Source: Candidatus Zambryskiibacteriota bacterium
GTDB taxonomy: Bacteria; Patescibacteriota; Minisyncoccia; Phycocordibacterales; Zambryskibacteraceae
Length of the DNA: 64,000 nt
NCBI GenBank assembly: GCA_016180955.1
Contig: JACPAD010000001.1
Span: 8,527-72,526, forward strand
Direction: 5' to 3'
The translations under genes and the position numbers were made by a program. Within the stretch, counting starts at the first letter, position 1, and the number at the start of each line of letters is the position of its first letter. The notes under the pieces were generated by a model. That model saw nothing but the letters and a program-made list of their open reading frames with translations. It was not told where the DNA came from and ran no database searches. This document shows positions 26,079 to 33,330 of this stretch, in pieces.

Positions 26079-26891
26079 ATGAGCATTCAGATCAGTGACC
26101 GTTCGGTGACCCGCACTATCAAGGATCTCGTCGAGGATTTCTACGTCCGTCAAGAACTCAATCATGACTGGGCACTCCAGCTTGGTCTGCTCGTCGATTC
26201 GGGCGTTGAACTGGAACCCATCTACATTACGCGTGACGGTAAGGTGATCGATGGACGCCATCGCATTGAGGCGCACGAACTTGCCAAGAAGACGGAGATC
26301 CGGTGCAAGATCGTCGAGGCCGACGACGACGTCGAATTTGTTGTCTTCGCACTCAAGTGCAACTTGGGAGGTTCTTTGCCGCCAAACAAGGGCGACATCG
26401 AGCACACCATCCAGGAACTCTTGAACCGCGGCGTTCCGAAGAAGCAGCTTGCCGAAATCCTCGCGCCACTACCGACACGCATGGTGCGCGCGTATCTCAA
26501 TGACGTCGAGAGCCGGATGCAGCGCACCAAGTTGCAAAAAGCGGCGCTTGCTATCTCGAACGGCGGACTGTCGGTGCCGAAGGCGGCAGTGCAATATGAC
26601 GTACCCGAGGATCAGCTCAAGGCGCTTTTGAACAATCGGGTCAATGCGCGAACCAAGCGTGGGGTCGAAGAGGCCCAGCGCCAACTCTCAGTGGCATACA
26701 GGTCGCTGGGTAACCGCAATTCCGCGGTCGTTCGTCGGCTCATGGAGGCCTATCAAGACGGTGACGTGAGCCACAAGCAAGTGATGAAGATCTTCACTCA
26801 CTTGGACCACCTGGTGAAGGTGTCAAGCCGCAAAGTCGCTGAATGGCGCAAGCGCTTCGATGCCATGGAGGCGCCAAAGAAGATCGCGTAG
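26079..26891 (+). CDS. ParB/sulfiredoxin-fold (ParB-like nuclease domain) protein with C-terminal HTH-like repeats (cassette gene 3)
   Basis: IYITRDGKVIDGRHRIEAH core. The ATG at 26079 lies 3 nt after the previous stop. The ORF-track start 25920 would overlap gene 2 by 157 nt. Confidence 0.7.
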   Translation: MSIQISDRSVTRTIKDLVEDFYVRQELNHDWALQLGLLVDSGVELEPIYITRDGKVIDGRHRIEAHELAKKTEIRCKIVEADDDVEFVVFALKCNLGGSLPPNKGDIEHTIQELLNRGVPKKQLAEILAPLPTRMVRAYLNDVESRMQRTKLQKAALAISNGGLSVPKAAVQYDVPEDQLKALLNNRVNARTKRGVEEAQRQLSVAYRSLGNRNSAVVRRLMEAYQDGDVSHKQVMKIFTHLDHLVKVSSRKVAEWRKRFDAMEAPKKIA

Positions 26892-26914
26892 TAGTACCCT
26901 TTCGTAATATCAAA

Positions 26915-26962
26915 GGAGAGACGGTTGAAACCTTGAATGGTCAATCCTGTCTCTCTTTTTTT
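26915..26962 (+). terminator. Hairpin plus T7 terminator closing the three-gene cassette
   Basis: GAGAGACGG pairs with CTGTCTCTC, then TTTTTTT (26956-26962). Confidence 0.6.
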
Positions 26963-27025
26963 GTTTTGATTAAAAGTATTAAATACCTGCGGTCGCAAGT
27001 AACTAACACTTCTACTATCTATTGT

Positions 27026-27463
27026 TTACTTAATACTATCTATCTGGACTTCAAAGTAGGGTTGGCGGTGGCCGTATTTTTTGAAATAGCGGGACTTCTG
27101 TTTGTATTTGATAACGTCGATAGTTTTGTATCGAGCGATTTTATTTAAAGTGGCATTAACTACTGCGCCAGTGATAAAAGGAGTGCCTATGGTGGCCTCG
27201 CTTGCTCCGTCGTCTACCAGAAGCACTTTGTCGAAAACAAGTTTGTCTCCCTCCTTGTGTTCGCCAGTGATTTTTTCGATTTTAACCTTATCCCCCACTC
27301 TCACTCGGTACTGCTTGCCTCCGGTGGCAAAAACGGCGTAAAGACTTCTGTCCAAAACTCGGCTTTGGACAGATTTGGAGGCTAACTTAGGAACCGCGGC
27401 TTTACGGACTACAGGCGCCTTTCCGGTGGGCTTTTTAACAGACGTTGCTTCTGCCATAGGCAC
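27026..27463 (-). CDS. rplU: 50S ribosomal protein L21 (with about 40-aa basic N-terminal extension)
   Basis: YAVFATGGKQYRVRVGDKVKIEKI core. Confidence 0.9.
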   Translation of the reverse strand: MPMAEATSVKKPTGKAPVVRKAAVPKLASKSVQSRVLDRSLYAVFATGGKQYRVRVGDKVKIEKITGEHKEGDKLVFDKVLLVDDGASEATIGTPFITGAVVNATLNKIARYKTIDVIKYKQKSRYFKKYGHRQPYFEVQIDSIK

Positions 27464-27464
27464 A

Positions 27465-28511
27465 CTATTCTACCGAAGGTCGCTCCAATGTCAATGGTTC
27501 AAGTCCCGCTCCGGTGCCGGTGATGCGTAGGACGTCCTTGTCCACCTTGCCTAGCTCCTTGTAGCCTGTATTGTAGTGATTGACCGTTGTCGAGAGAGCG
27601 TTGCCGAGCTTGCCGTAGTATTCCTCATAGCTCTTGAGATGTCGGCCGAGCTCTTCCACTCTCTTGATAATCTCTACCGCCTTCTCTTCGATATGGAGCG
27701 CGTTAAGACCTTGTAGTACGGTCTGGAGATAAGCGAGGAAGGAAGTTGGTGAGACTATCAAAACATGATGTTTGGAAGCGGCGCGCTGGATGAGCGTTTC
27801 CGAATCTTCTTTGAGCGCGCCGATTTTATTGACGATGAGGTCATAGTAAATCGCTTCGTGGGGTATGAACATGAAGGCGAAATCCATGGTGCCCTGCGAC
27901 GGCTGGATATATTTAGAAGTCTCGGTAATGCGGTTCTTGAGGTCAGTGACGAATGCTTTCTCAAGTTTCTCTCGCTCTACCTCGTTTTTCTCTTCGACAA
28001 TGCGGTTATAATTTTCCAAAGAAAACTTGGAGTCGATGGGAATGATTTTATCTTTGACAAAGACAGCCGCGTCAACGATGGTGCCGTCCGAGAAAGCGTA
28101 CTGCATTTGGTAACTGCCCGGGGGCAAAACATTTTTTAAGAGAGTCTCAAGATAATATTCGCCGAGCACTCCACGCTGTTTGGGATTTTTGAGTATATCT
28201 TGGAGTGACTGCAGTTGGTCAGCGAAGGAGACCACTTGTTTATTGGTCTCGTCGAGTTTGGTAAGGCCTTGCGTAACTTCGCGAATAAGTTTGGCCGACT
28301 CGCCGAATTGTGCTCGCACCGATTCGTTCATCATTTTATTGGTCTCGGCCATCTTCTGATCCACGGTGCGGGAGAATTCGTGGAGCTGGGTGAGAAGTAG
28401 TTTCATTCCTTCTCCCCCGTCTTGCTTCTGACTGCCGAACTTCTTGGCGAAGAAAAAGAGGGCTACTAAATTAACTGCAATGATAAGTATCAGTAAGGTA
28501 GTTAAAGTCAT
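27465..28511 (-). CDS. rmuC: DNA recombination protein RmuC
   Basis: N-terminal TM helix, coiled coil, C-terminal FAFMFIPHEAIYYDL / VSPTSFLAYLQ typical of RmuC. Confidence 0.85.
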   Translation of the reverse strand: MTLTTLLILIIAVNLVALFFFAKKFGSQKQDGGEGMKLLLTQLHEFSRTVDQKMAETNKMMNESVRAQFGESAKLIREVTQGLTKLDETNKQVVSFADQLQSLQDILKNPKQRGVLGEYYLETLLKNVLPPGSYQMQYAFSDGTIVDAAVFVKDKIIPIDSKFSLENYNRIVEEKNEVEREKLEKAFVTDLKNRITETSKYIQPSQGTMDFAFMFIPHEAIYYDLIVNKIGALKEDSETLIQRAASKHHVLIVSPTSFLAYLQTVLQGLNALHIEEKAVEIIKRVEELGRHLKSYEEYYGKLGNALSTTVNHYNTGYKELGKVDKDVLRITGTGAGLEPLTLERPSVE

Positions 28512-28585
28512 TTATAGTTCTTTATTTCTCTAATAAATACAATTCCAAGACCCAAGGCTATAATTAGCCCTACAATATTATCCAT
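28508..28585 (-). CDS. Possible 25-aa hydrophobic micro-ORF, ATGA-coupled to rmuC
   Basis: Own translation MDNIVGLIIALGLGIVFIREIKNYK. Speculative. Confidence 0.2.
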   Translation of the reverse strand: MDNIVGLIIALGLGIVFIREIKNYK

Positions 28586-28762
28586 TTGTTATTTTTATAA
28601 TGATTAAGTCCCCACCCTATCTCAAGGAAGGTTGGCTTAAAACTCAGATTGAAGGATTACCACTCTCATGAATGCCCTCGTTCTTCTAGTTGTGTCGGCC
28701 AAGCATTTTTAACAATGAGACTTAGGTAAATATAGCACCATAGCTTTCCTTTTGCAAGAAGT

Positions 28763-28792
28763 TTGACAGAATTAAACAGCTTTTGCTATACT
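28763..28792 (+). promoter_or_regulatory. Strong orphan promoter TTGACA-18-TGcTATACT
   Basis: TTGACA 28763-28768, extended -10 TGCTATACT 28784-28792. No ORF follows. Confidence 0.55.
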
Positions 28793-28807
28793 GACAAGGT
28801 CAAACCT

Positions 28808-28840
28808 CTCCCCGCTTCGGCGGGGGGATTTATTTTATTT
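28808..28840 (+). terminator. UUCG-tetraloop hairpin terminator about 10 nt downstream of the orphan promoter
   Basis: CTCCCCGC-TTCG-GCGGGGGG then ATTTATTTTATTT. The T-tract overlaps the stop codon of the convergent NYN gene. Confidence 0.65.
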
Positions 28841-29347
28841 AAGATAGACAATTTGGTCCCTAAGTTTCTTGAGATTTATATATTTTGCCCGGTCTAGAAG
28901 TTCTTTGGCAATATGCCCTTTAGTAGACATGACGATAACTCTTTTATGGTTTTCTTTTACTTTTTCTAAGAGTGGTGCGAAGTCACTATCTCCAGACATT
29001 AGTACAAAGGTGTCGAAATTATTTAGATTGGCGAGAACATCAATAGTCAGTTCAACATCAAGATTTCCTTTCCATTCGTATGCGTTTTGAGATATTTGAA
29101 TGCGCTTTACTTCTTTCGCTTTGACTACATATCCAAGCTCCTTCAGTTTTTCAATGAAGGCATTTTGTTTATAGTTGCTACCAACTCGTCCCGTATAAAA
29201 ATAAATACCTTTTAAGTCACACTCGTTTTCAAAGTACCCTTTGAGTTTTTTGTAATCCACGCGCCATTGCAATTTTTGCTGTGAATAAAGAATATTTGCG
29301 GCATCCACAAATACATACACCCTACCATTTACAAATTGACCAATCAT
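28835..29347 (-). CDS. NYN-domain (LabA/DUF88-like) putative RNase
   Basis: VYVFVDAANILYS N-terminus and LMSGDSDFAPLLEK motif. Confidence 0.7.
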   Translation of the reverse strand: MIGQFVNGRVYVFVDAANILYSQQKLQWRVDYKKLKGYFENECDLKGIYFYTGRVGSNYKQNAFIEKLKELGYVVKAKEVKRIQISQNAYEWKGNLDVELTIDVLANLNNFDTFVLMSGDSDFAPLLEKVKENHKRVIVMSTKGHIAKELLDRAKYINLKKLRDQIVYLK

Positions 29348-29370
29348 TCGATAATAGTTATTTACTGTAT

Positions 29371-29376
29371 TATAAT
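29371..29376 (+). promoter_or_regulatory. TATAAT -10 box 6 nt before the yqeY-like ATG; leaderless candidate
   Basis: TATAAT 29371-29376, ATG 29383. Confidence 0.4.
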
Positions 29377-29382
29377 CGAGAT

Positions 29383-29838
29383 ATGTCCATACACCAAGAT
29401 ATAAAGAGCCGGCTTACGGAAGCGATGAGGGCGCGCGATACGGTACGACTCAATGTCATCCGCGGGCTTCTGTCGGCCTTTACTAACGAAGCGGTAGCGA
29501 AGAGGCGTAAACCAGACGAACAGTTATCCGATGACGAGGCAATGGTAGTCATCACTCGCGCGGCCAAACAGAGAAAGGATAGTATCGAGCAGTTTGAGAA
29601 GGGCGGAAGACAGGAACTTGCCGATGTCGAGAAGCAAGAACTCGCCATCCTCGAGACTTATCTCCCCGCGCAAATGTCTCGCGATGAAATATTTGAATAT
29701 GTGAAGGTCAAGCAGGCGCAACTTAGCATGTTCGATCCTACTAAAAAGAATCAGTTTATGGGGATGGTTATGAAGGAGTTGAATGGCAAAGCAGATGGTA
29801 CAATAGTGAAAGAAGCAGTCGATTCTCTCTTCGCTTGA
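29383..29838 (+). CDS. GatB/YqeY domain protein
   Basis: MSIHQDIKSRLTEAMRARDTVRLNVIRGLLSAF is typical of YqeY. Start moved from 29281 to ATG 29383. Confidence 0.8.
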   Translation: MSIHQDIKSRLTEAMRARDTVRLNVIRGLLSAFTNEAVAKRRKPDEQLSDDEAMVVITRAAKQRKDSIEQFEKGGRQELADVEKQELAILETYLPAQMSRDEIFEYVKVKQAQLSMFDPTKKNQFMGMVMKELNGKADGTIVKEAVDSLFA

Positions 29839-29863
29839 CACATACTGGACTGCGTGTTAGGAT
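29835..29863 (+). promoter_or_regulatory. Canonical promoter TTGACA-17-TAGGAT
   Basis: TTGACA 29835-29840 overlaps the yqeY-like stop codon. TAGGAT 29858-29863. Confidence 0.5.
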
Positions 29864-29905
29864 GTAATTAGGACCCAACAGGCAACTCGTTTCGTAGGAG
29901 CGTGT

Positions 29906-30130
29906 ATGAAAACACTTGGACGAAGAGCGCGCCGCCACGACAACGGAATGAATGGTCGTGGGAAGAAGCCGACTTGTCGGCGTCGGAGTCGGCAGAGTGG
30001 CAGGAAGCCGCTTGGGCCGCCGATTGGTGGCGTAGTGAACGGAGGGGCCATTCCCTTCCACCAGCTTCCGGCGCATCTTCAGGCCGCACAGATAGCGGTG
30101 CGTCGTCGCTACAATCCCAGCGACGACTAG
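29906..30130 (+). CDS. Hypothetical 74-aa Arg-rich protein in a GC-rich micro-island
   Basis: AGGAG SD (29896-29900) 5 nt before the ATG, own promoter and terminator. MKTLGRRARRHDNGMNGRGKKPTCRRRSRQSGRK... No family recognised. Other frames are also open because of the high GC. Confidence 0.45.
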   Translation: MKTLGRRARRHDNGMNGRGKKPTCRRRSRQSGRKPLGPPIGGVVNGGAIPFHQLPAHLQAAQIAVRRRYNPSDD

Positions 30131-30136
30131 CTTTTC

Positions 30137-30162
30137 GAGGGCGGACCTGTAGGTCCGCCCTT
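30137..30162. terminator. GC-rich hairpin (GGGCGGACC-tgta-GGTCCGCCC) shared by the convergent 74-aa ORF and ogt
   Basis: Read directly. A related stem sequence recurs at 53062-53084. Confidence 0.7.
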
Positions 30163-30164
30163 CC

Positions 30165-30419
30165 TTAATTTAAATACCCTTCTTTCTTTAAAATTTTTAT
30201 TTTCGCTCTACTACCGCCGCGATTATAATCTCCCACTCTGCCGTCCGACCTAATCACTCTGTGGCATGGTACTTTCGGATCTGTATTTTTACTCAAAATA
30301 TTTCCTACTGCCCTGTAAGCCTTCGGCTTCCCTACTCTCTCCGCTACTTGCTTGTAAGTAAGCACTTTTCCTTTCGGAATCTTTCTCACCACTTCGCAGA
30401 CTCGCTCTTGGAAATCCAT
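30165..30419 (-). CDS. ogt: Methylated-DNA--protein-cysteine methyltransferase, C-terminal domain only (84 aa)
   Basis: PCHRVI active-site motif and HTH (TYKQVAERVG). Confidence 0.85.
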   Translation of the reverse strand: MDFQERVCEVVRKIPKGKVLTYKQVAERVGKPKAYRAVGNILSKNTDPKVPCHRVIRSDGRVGDYNRGGSRAKIKILKKEGYLN

Positions 30420-30841
30420 CAGTTCGAGTAGCGCAGGACTATTTTGTCTCCGTCTCGCATTATGTAGTTTCCAAACTCGGTATTCTCTGCTCCATTTACG
30501 ATCATGGTAACATTCGAGCCGAGCTCGTAGAAATCTTTGCCCCAGACTTCAAACCATTTACTAAGCTTTATATCGTCTTCCCGCACCAGCCCGCCAAATT
30601 CCAGATGAAGAAGCGGTAGATCTTCGTGGGTATGAATTGGACTGTGCGGAGTCCTTTCTATGCCCTTATTTTTGGACAACTCAATCTTTTCCTCGTTTAC
30701 GTAAATTTCAAGCTCCGGATGCCAGTGGATGCCGCTTCTAGAAATAATAGTGCTATCGTCTTTCTGCAATGATCTTGAGAGCAAAACGCTTCCGATAAGA
30801 AGCGCAACAACTACTCCAACTATGGCCAAGAAGGTCTTCAT
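30419..30841 (-). CDS. Membrane-anchored secreted protein with His clusters (HWHP, HSPIHTHED); possible metal-binding partner of CopB
   Basis: N-terminal TM helix. No family recognised. Same strand as and adjacent to copB. Confidence 0.3.
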   Translation of the reverse strand: MKTFLAIVGVVVALLIGSVLLSRSLQKDDSTIISRSGIHWHPELEIYVNEEKIELSKNKGIERTPHSPIHTHEDLPLLHLEFGGLVREDDIKLSKWFEVWGKDFYELGSNVTMIVNGAENTEFGNYIMRDGDKIVLRYSN

Positions 30842-30861
30842 GAAATTTGGATGATGGCGGC

Positions 30862-30993
30862 TTAGTTTTTCTTAATCTGCTTCCAGAGCCAGACACCGAC
30901 AAGAATCAGGTCGATGAATAGCACGAGCCATGTAAGAAATCCAAAGCCAAGTGCCCCACCCATCATTCCCCAATTATATCCATATCCCATCAT
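30862..30993 (-). CDS. 43-aa Gly/Met-rich membrane micro-protein
   Basis: Own translation MMGYGYNWGMMGGALGFGFLTWLVLFIDLILVGVWLWKQIKKN. TATACT (31005-31000) lies 6 nt before the ATG. Confidence 0.4.
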   Translation of the reverse strand: MMGYGYNWGMMGGALGFGFLTWLVLFIDLILVGVWLWKQIKKN

Positions 30994-31008
30994 GACTAAA
31001 GTATAACA

Positions 31009-32898
31009 TTATAAGTTTATTCGGCGCAAAAGCAGGGCGTTAATAGCAACAATGATCGTACTTGCTGACATAAACCCCGCCGCCAAGGCCGGTTCAAGAA
31101 TAATTCCTTTGGAGACAAGTACTCCGGCCGCCAGAGGCAGGGCGGCCACGTTGTAGCCGGTAGCCCAGAAAAGGTTCTGAATCATCTTTGAGTATGTCAT
31201 CTGGGAAAGCCTGATAATCTTTACGATATCCCGAGGATCGTTCCTAACAAGGATAATACCTGCTGATTCAATAGCAACGTTCGTGCCGGCACCAATAGCG
31301 ATACCGAGATCGGCTTGAGTGATGGCCGGTGCGTCATTAATACCGTCACCAACCATCGCGACCCTTAGATTACGCTTCTGAAGCTCCTTAACTTTTTCAG
31401 ACTTTCGATGAGGCAGTACCCGAGCAAAGTATTCGTCAATGCCAAGCTCGCGGGCAACCGATTCTGCTACCTCTTCCGAATCGCCGGTAATCATAGCCGA
31501 TTTAATGCCCATCTTCTTGATTTGCTTCAAGGCCTCTTTTGCTTCTGGTCTTATCTTGTCAGCGGCTTGAATGACGCCGATTTGTTTATCATCGACTTCA
31601 ACAACGATATCAGACGCACCACGCTGGCCGACAAAAACTTTTTTGCCTTCCACTTCCGCTTGGGCACCGATACCGGCAATGCGCTTGAAGTTTTTTGACT
31701 CTTTTAGTTCCAGATTTCTTTTCTTCGCTTCGTCGACAATGCCTTTGGCGATGGGATGTTCAGAATGAATGTCAACAGAGGCGGCTAGAATCAAGGCTTC
31801 ATCAGACGAGTAAGAAGTAACCCCAAAGACGCCTTCCGTGAGTGTTCCTGTTTTATCGAAGAGCACAGTATCGATAGTTCGCGCCACTTCCAAGGCAAGC
31901 CTTTGTTTTACGAGGAACCCATTCTGTGCCGCTTTGGTCGTGGAGATTGAAGCCACAAGTGGCACGGCAAGACCAAGTGCGTGCGGACAGGCGATGACCA
32001 GTACCGCCACCAGCCGAGCAACCGCGAAGCCGACATCGGCGCCGACCGCAAGCCATAGGACAAGGGTAGTAATGCCCCCGCCGACAGCCACGACGGTCAA
32101 ATAGAGAGCCGCTCTGTCAGAAAGAATTTGGAGTCGAGATTTGCTGGCTGCGGCCTCGGCCACCAGACGCATGACGCCGGCCAGGAATGTTTTCTCGCCA
32201 ATATTCGATACCCTAATCTTTAGCGCTCCATCTCCGTTGATTGTTCCGGCGATAACAGAGTCGTCTTCTTTTTTAGAAACCGGCTTTGATTCTCCGGTTA
32301 CCATAGATTCGTTTACATCGGATTCTCCATCAATAACCGTGCCATCCGCTGGAATCTTTGTCCCCGGCTTAACTAATACTATGTCATTCTTCCGAAGTTC
32401 AGAAAGAGGAATGATTTCTGTTTTGCTTGCCCCGAGCGCGGTCGAGGGGTTGCCGCGAATTACTTCAGCAGTGTCCGGAAGCAGTTTAGACAACTCTTTG
32501 AGTGCACCCTGGGCGCCGCTAACCGCTCGCATTTCAAGCCAGTGGCCGAGAAGCATTATAGTAATGAGCGTTGTAAGTTCCCAGAAAAGCGGTTCCTCTC
32601 CTGCAAATACCGCATATACGCTCCATAGATATGCGGAGCAAATAGCGAGGCCAATGAGAGTCATCATGCCGGGCAAACCGGCCTTAAGTTCGCGCCATGC
32701 TCCTAGAAGGAAGATCCAGCCACCGTAGAAAAATACGAACGAGCTAAGTATTAAAGGCAAATAATCTGAATCTTTGTAAAGTATCACTGGAATCGTAAGA
32801 ATCAGACTTACTAAAAATTTTCTCAAAAAATCTTCAGTATGGTGTCCCGCGTGCTTGTTTGCACTGAGCGCAGTCGAAGTGTTGTGATTATGCTCCAT
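31009..32898 (-). CDS. copB: Heavy-metal (copper) P1B-type ATPase, CPH / His-rich N-terminus (CopB-like)
   Basis: TGES, CPH, DKTGTLT and GDGINDAP motifs. N-terminus MEHNHN...HAGHH. Start moved to ATG 32898 because the ORF-track extension to 32961 is the tRNA-Glu sequence. Confidence 0.9.
   Translation of the reverse strand: MEHNHNTSTALSANKHAGHHTEDFLRKFLVSLILTIPVILYKDSDYLPLILSSFVFFYGGWIFLLGAWRELKAGLPGMMTLIGLAICSAYLWSVYAVFAGEEPLFWELTTLITIMLLGHWLEMRAVSGAQGALKELSKLLPDTAEVIRGNPSTALGASKTEIIPLSELRKNDIVLVKPGTKIPADGTVIDGESDVNESMVTGESKPVSKKEDDSVIAGTINGDGALKIRVSNIGEKTFLAGVMRLVAEAAASKSRLQILSDRAALYLTVVAVGGGITTLVLWLAVGADVGFAVARLVAVLVIACPHALGLAVPLVASISTTKAAQNGFLVKQRLALEVARTIDTVLFDKTGTLTEGVFGVTSYSSDEALILAASVDIHSEHPIAKGIVDEAKKRNLELKESKNFKRIAGIGAQAEVEGKKVFVGQRGASDIVVEVDDKQIGVIQAADKIRPEAKEALKQIKKMGIKSAMITGDSEEVAESVARELGIDEYFARVLPHRKSEKVKELQKRNLRVAMVGDGINDAPAITQADLGIAIGAGTNVAIESAGIILVRNDPRDIVKIIRLSQMTYSKMIQNLFWATGYNVAALPLAAGVLVSKGIILEPALAAGFMSASTIIVAINALLLRRINL
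32425..32448 (-). repeat. In-frame element copy (CCCTCGACCGCGCTCGGGGCAAGC = PSTALGAS) in copB
   Basis: Lies in EVIRG[[10 protein letters not shown]]TEIIPL, where the protein looks longer than I recall for typical CopA/CopB. Confidence 0.5.
32857..32880 (-). repeat. In-frame element copy (ACTTCGACTGCGCTCAGTGCAAAC = TSTALSAN) in the copB N-terminus
   Basis: Core TCGACTGCGCTCAG.GCA is identical to the scpB copy. Confidence 0.5.
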
Positions 32899-32903
32899 AT
32901 TTA

Positions 32904-32975
32904 TGACCTCACGGAGAATCGGACTCCGGTTCCGAGCTTGAGAAGCTCGTGTCCTAACCACTAGACGATGAGGCC
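32904..32975 (-). tRNA. tRNA-Glu (anticodon CUC), no encoded CCA
   Basis: Hand-folded: GGCCTCA/TGAGGTC acceptor, GTCT/GGAC D-stem, CGAGC-TTCTCAA-GCTCG anticodon arm, CGGAG-TCCGATT-CTCCG T-arm, 72 nt. Confidence 0.9.
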
Positions 32976-33206
32976 AACTAATTTTTCAATCGACTGTCTA
33001 CTTTTCCAGTTCTTAATCTGTTTTTCTCTTATTCTGGATTCTGAAAGTGTAGAGTATCTCTCTGTATGAATCAACTGCCACGGTCTTTCTGATTTTGTAC
33101 TTTTTACTCTGCCACTGTTGTGCTGATTCAGTCTTCTGGTCACGTTATCTGAAGCACCTATGTAATATCGGTTATTAACAGATTTTATAATATATACCCA
33201 ATGCAT
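32961..33206 (-). CDS. GIY-YIG nuclease superfamily protein (81 aa, stand-alone catalytic domain)
   Basis: VYIIKS...YYIGAS...RRLNQHN...E..IKNWK motifs. The last five codons and the stop lie inside the 5' end of tRNA-Glu. Confidence 0.8.
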   Translation of the reverse strand: MHWVYIIKSVNNRYYIGASDNVTRRLNQHNSGRVKSTKSERPWQLIHTERYSTLSESRIREKQIKNWKSRQSIEKLVGLIV

Positions 33207-33230
33207 GTTTTATATTGAAAAGTTTGTGTC

Positions 33231-33287
33231 TCCCGATTTTGATTCATCAAAATCGAGGATCCTCGATTTCTTAAAGAGAAATCGGGA
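33231..33287. repeat. Nested inverted repeats (four ATCG(A)GGA/TCC(T)CGAT arms) in the GIY-YIG leader
   Basis: TCCCGATTTT ... AAAATCGAGGA|TCCTCGATTTC ... GAAATCGGGA. Allows two hairpins, or an outer plus central palindrome. Confidence 0.5.
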
Positions 33288-33330
33288 CTAACCACTAGAC
33301 GATGAGGCCAATAACGTACAAAACGATAAC

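Larger units (their letters stand above)
32954..33311 (-). mobile_element. Candidate 334-bp insertion unit (GIY-YIG ORF plus structured leader) bounded by 24-bp direct repeats of the tRNA-Glu 5' part
   Basis: CTAACCACTAGACGATGAGGCCAA at 32954-32977 and again at 33288-33311. The upstream copy is only tRNA positions 1-22 and cannot fold as a tRNA. Confidence 0.45.

Noticed and set aside
29344-29353. ATCATTCGAT upstream of the yqeY-like gene as a fourth member of the TCGTATCATTCGAT box family
   Set aside because: It matches only 10 of 14 nt, lies 17 nt (not 8-9 nt) from the -10 box and overlaps the NYN gene start codon. It may be chance.
29857-30130. GC-rich ORF-poor-looking region as RNase P RNA, SRP RNA, tmRNA or 6S RNA
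   Set aside because: I looked on both strands for GAGGAAAGUCC/ACAGAACCCGGCUUA (RNase P), the GGAA-tetraloop helix-8 pattern (SRP) and a tRNA-like 3' end (tmRNA). None was found. A promoter, SD, ORF and terminator organisation fits better. An Rfam scan is still needed.
32899-32961. N-terminal extension of copB (MVRTRASQARNRSPILREVIN)
   Set aside because: This stretch is the reverse strand of a well-folding tRNA-Glu. The real start is the ATG at 32898 (MEHNHN..).
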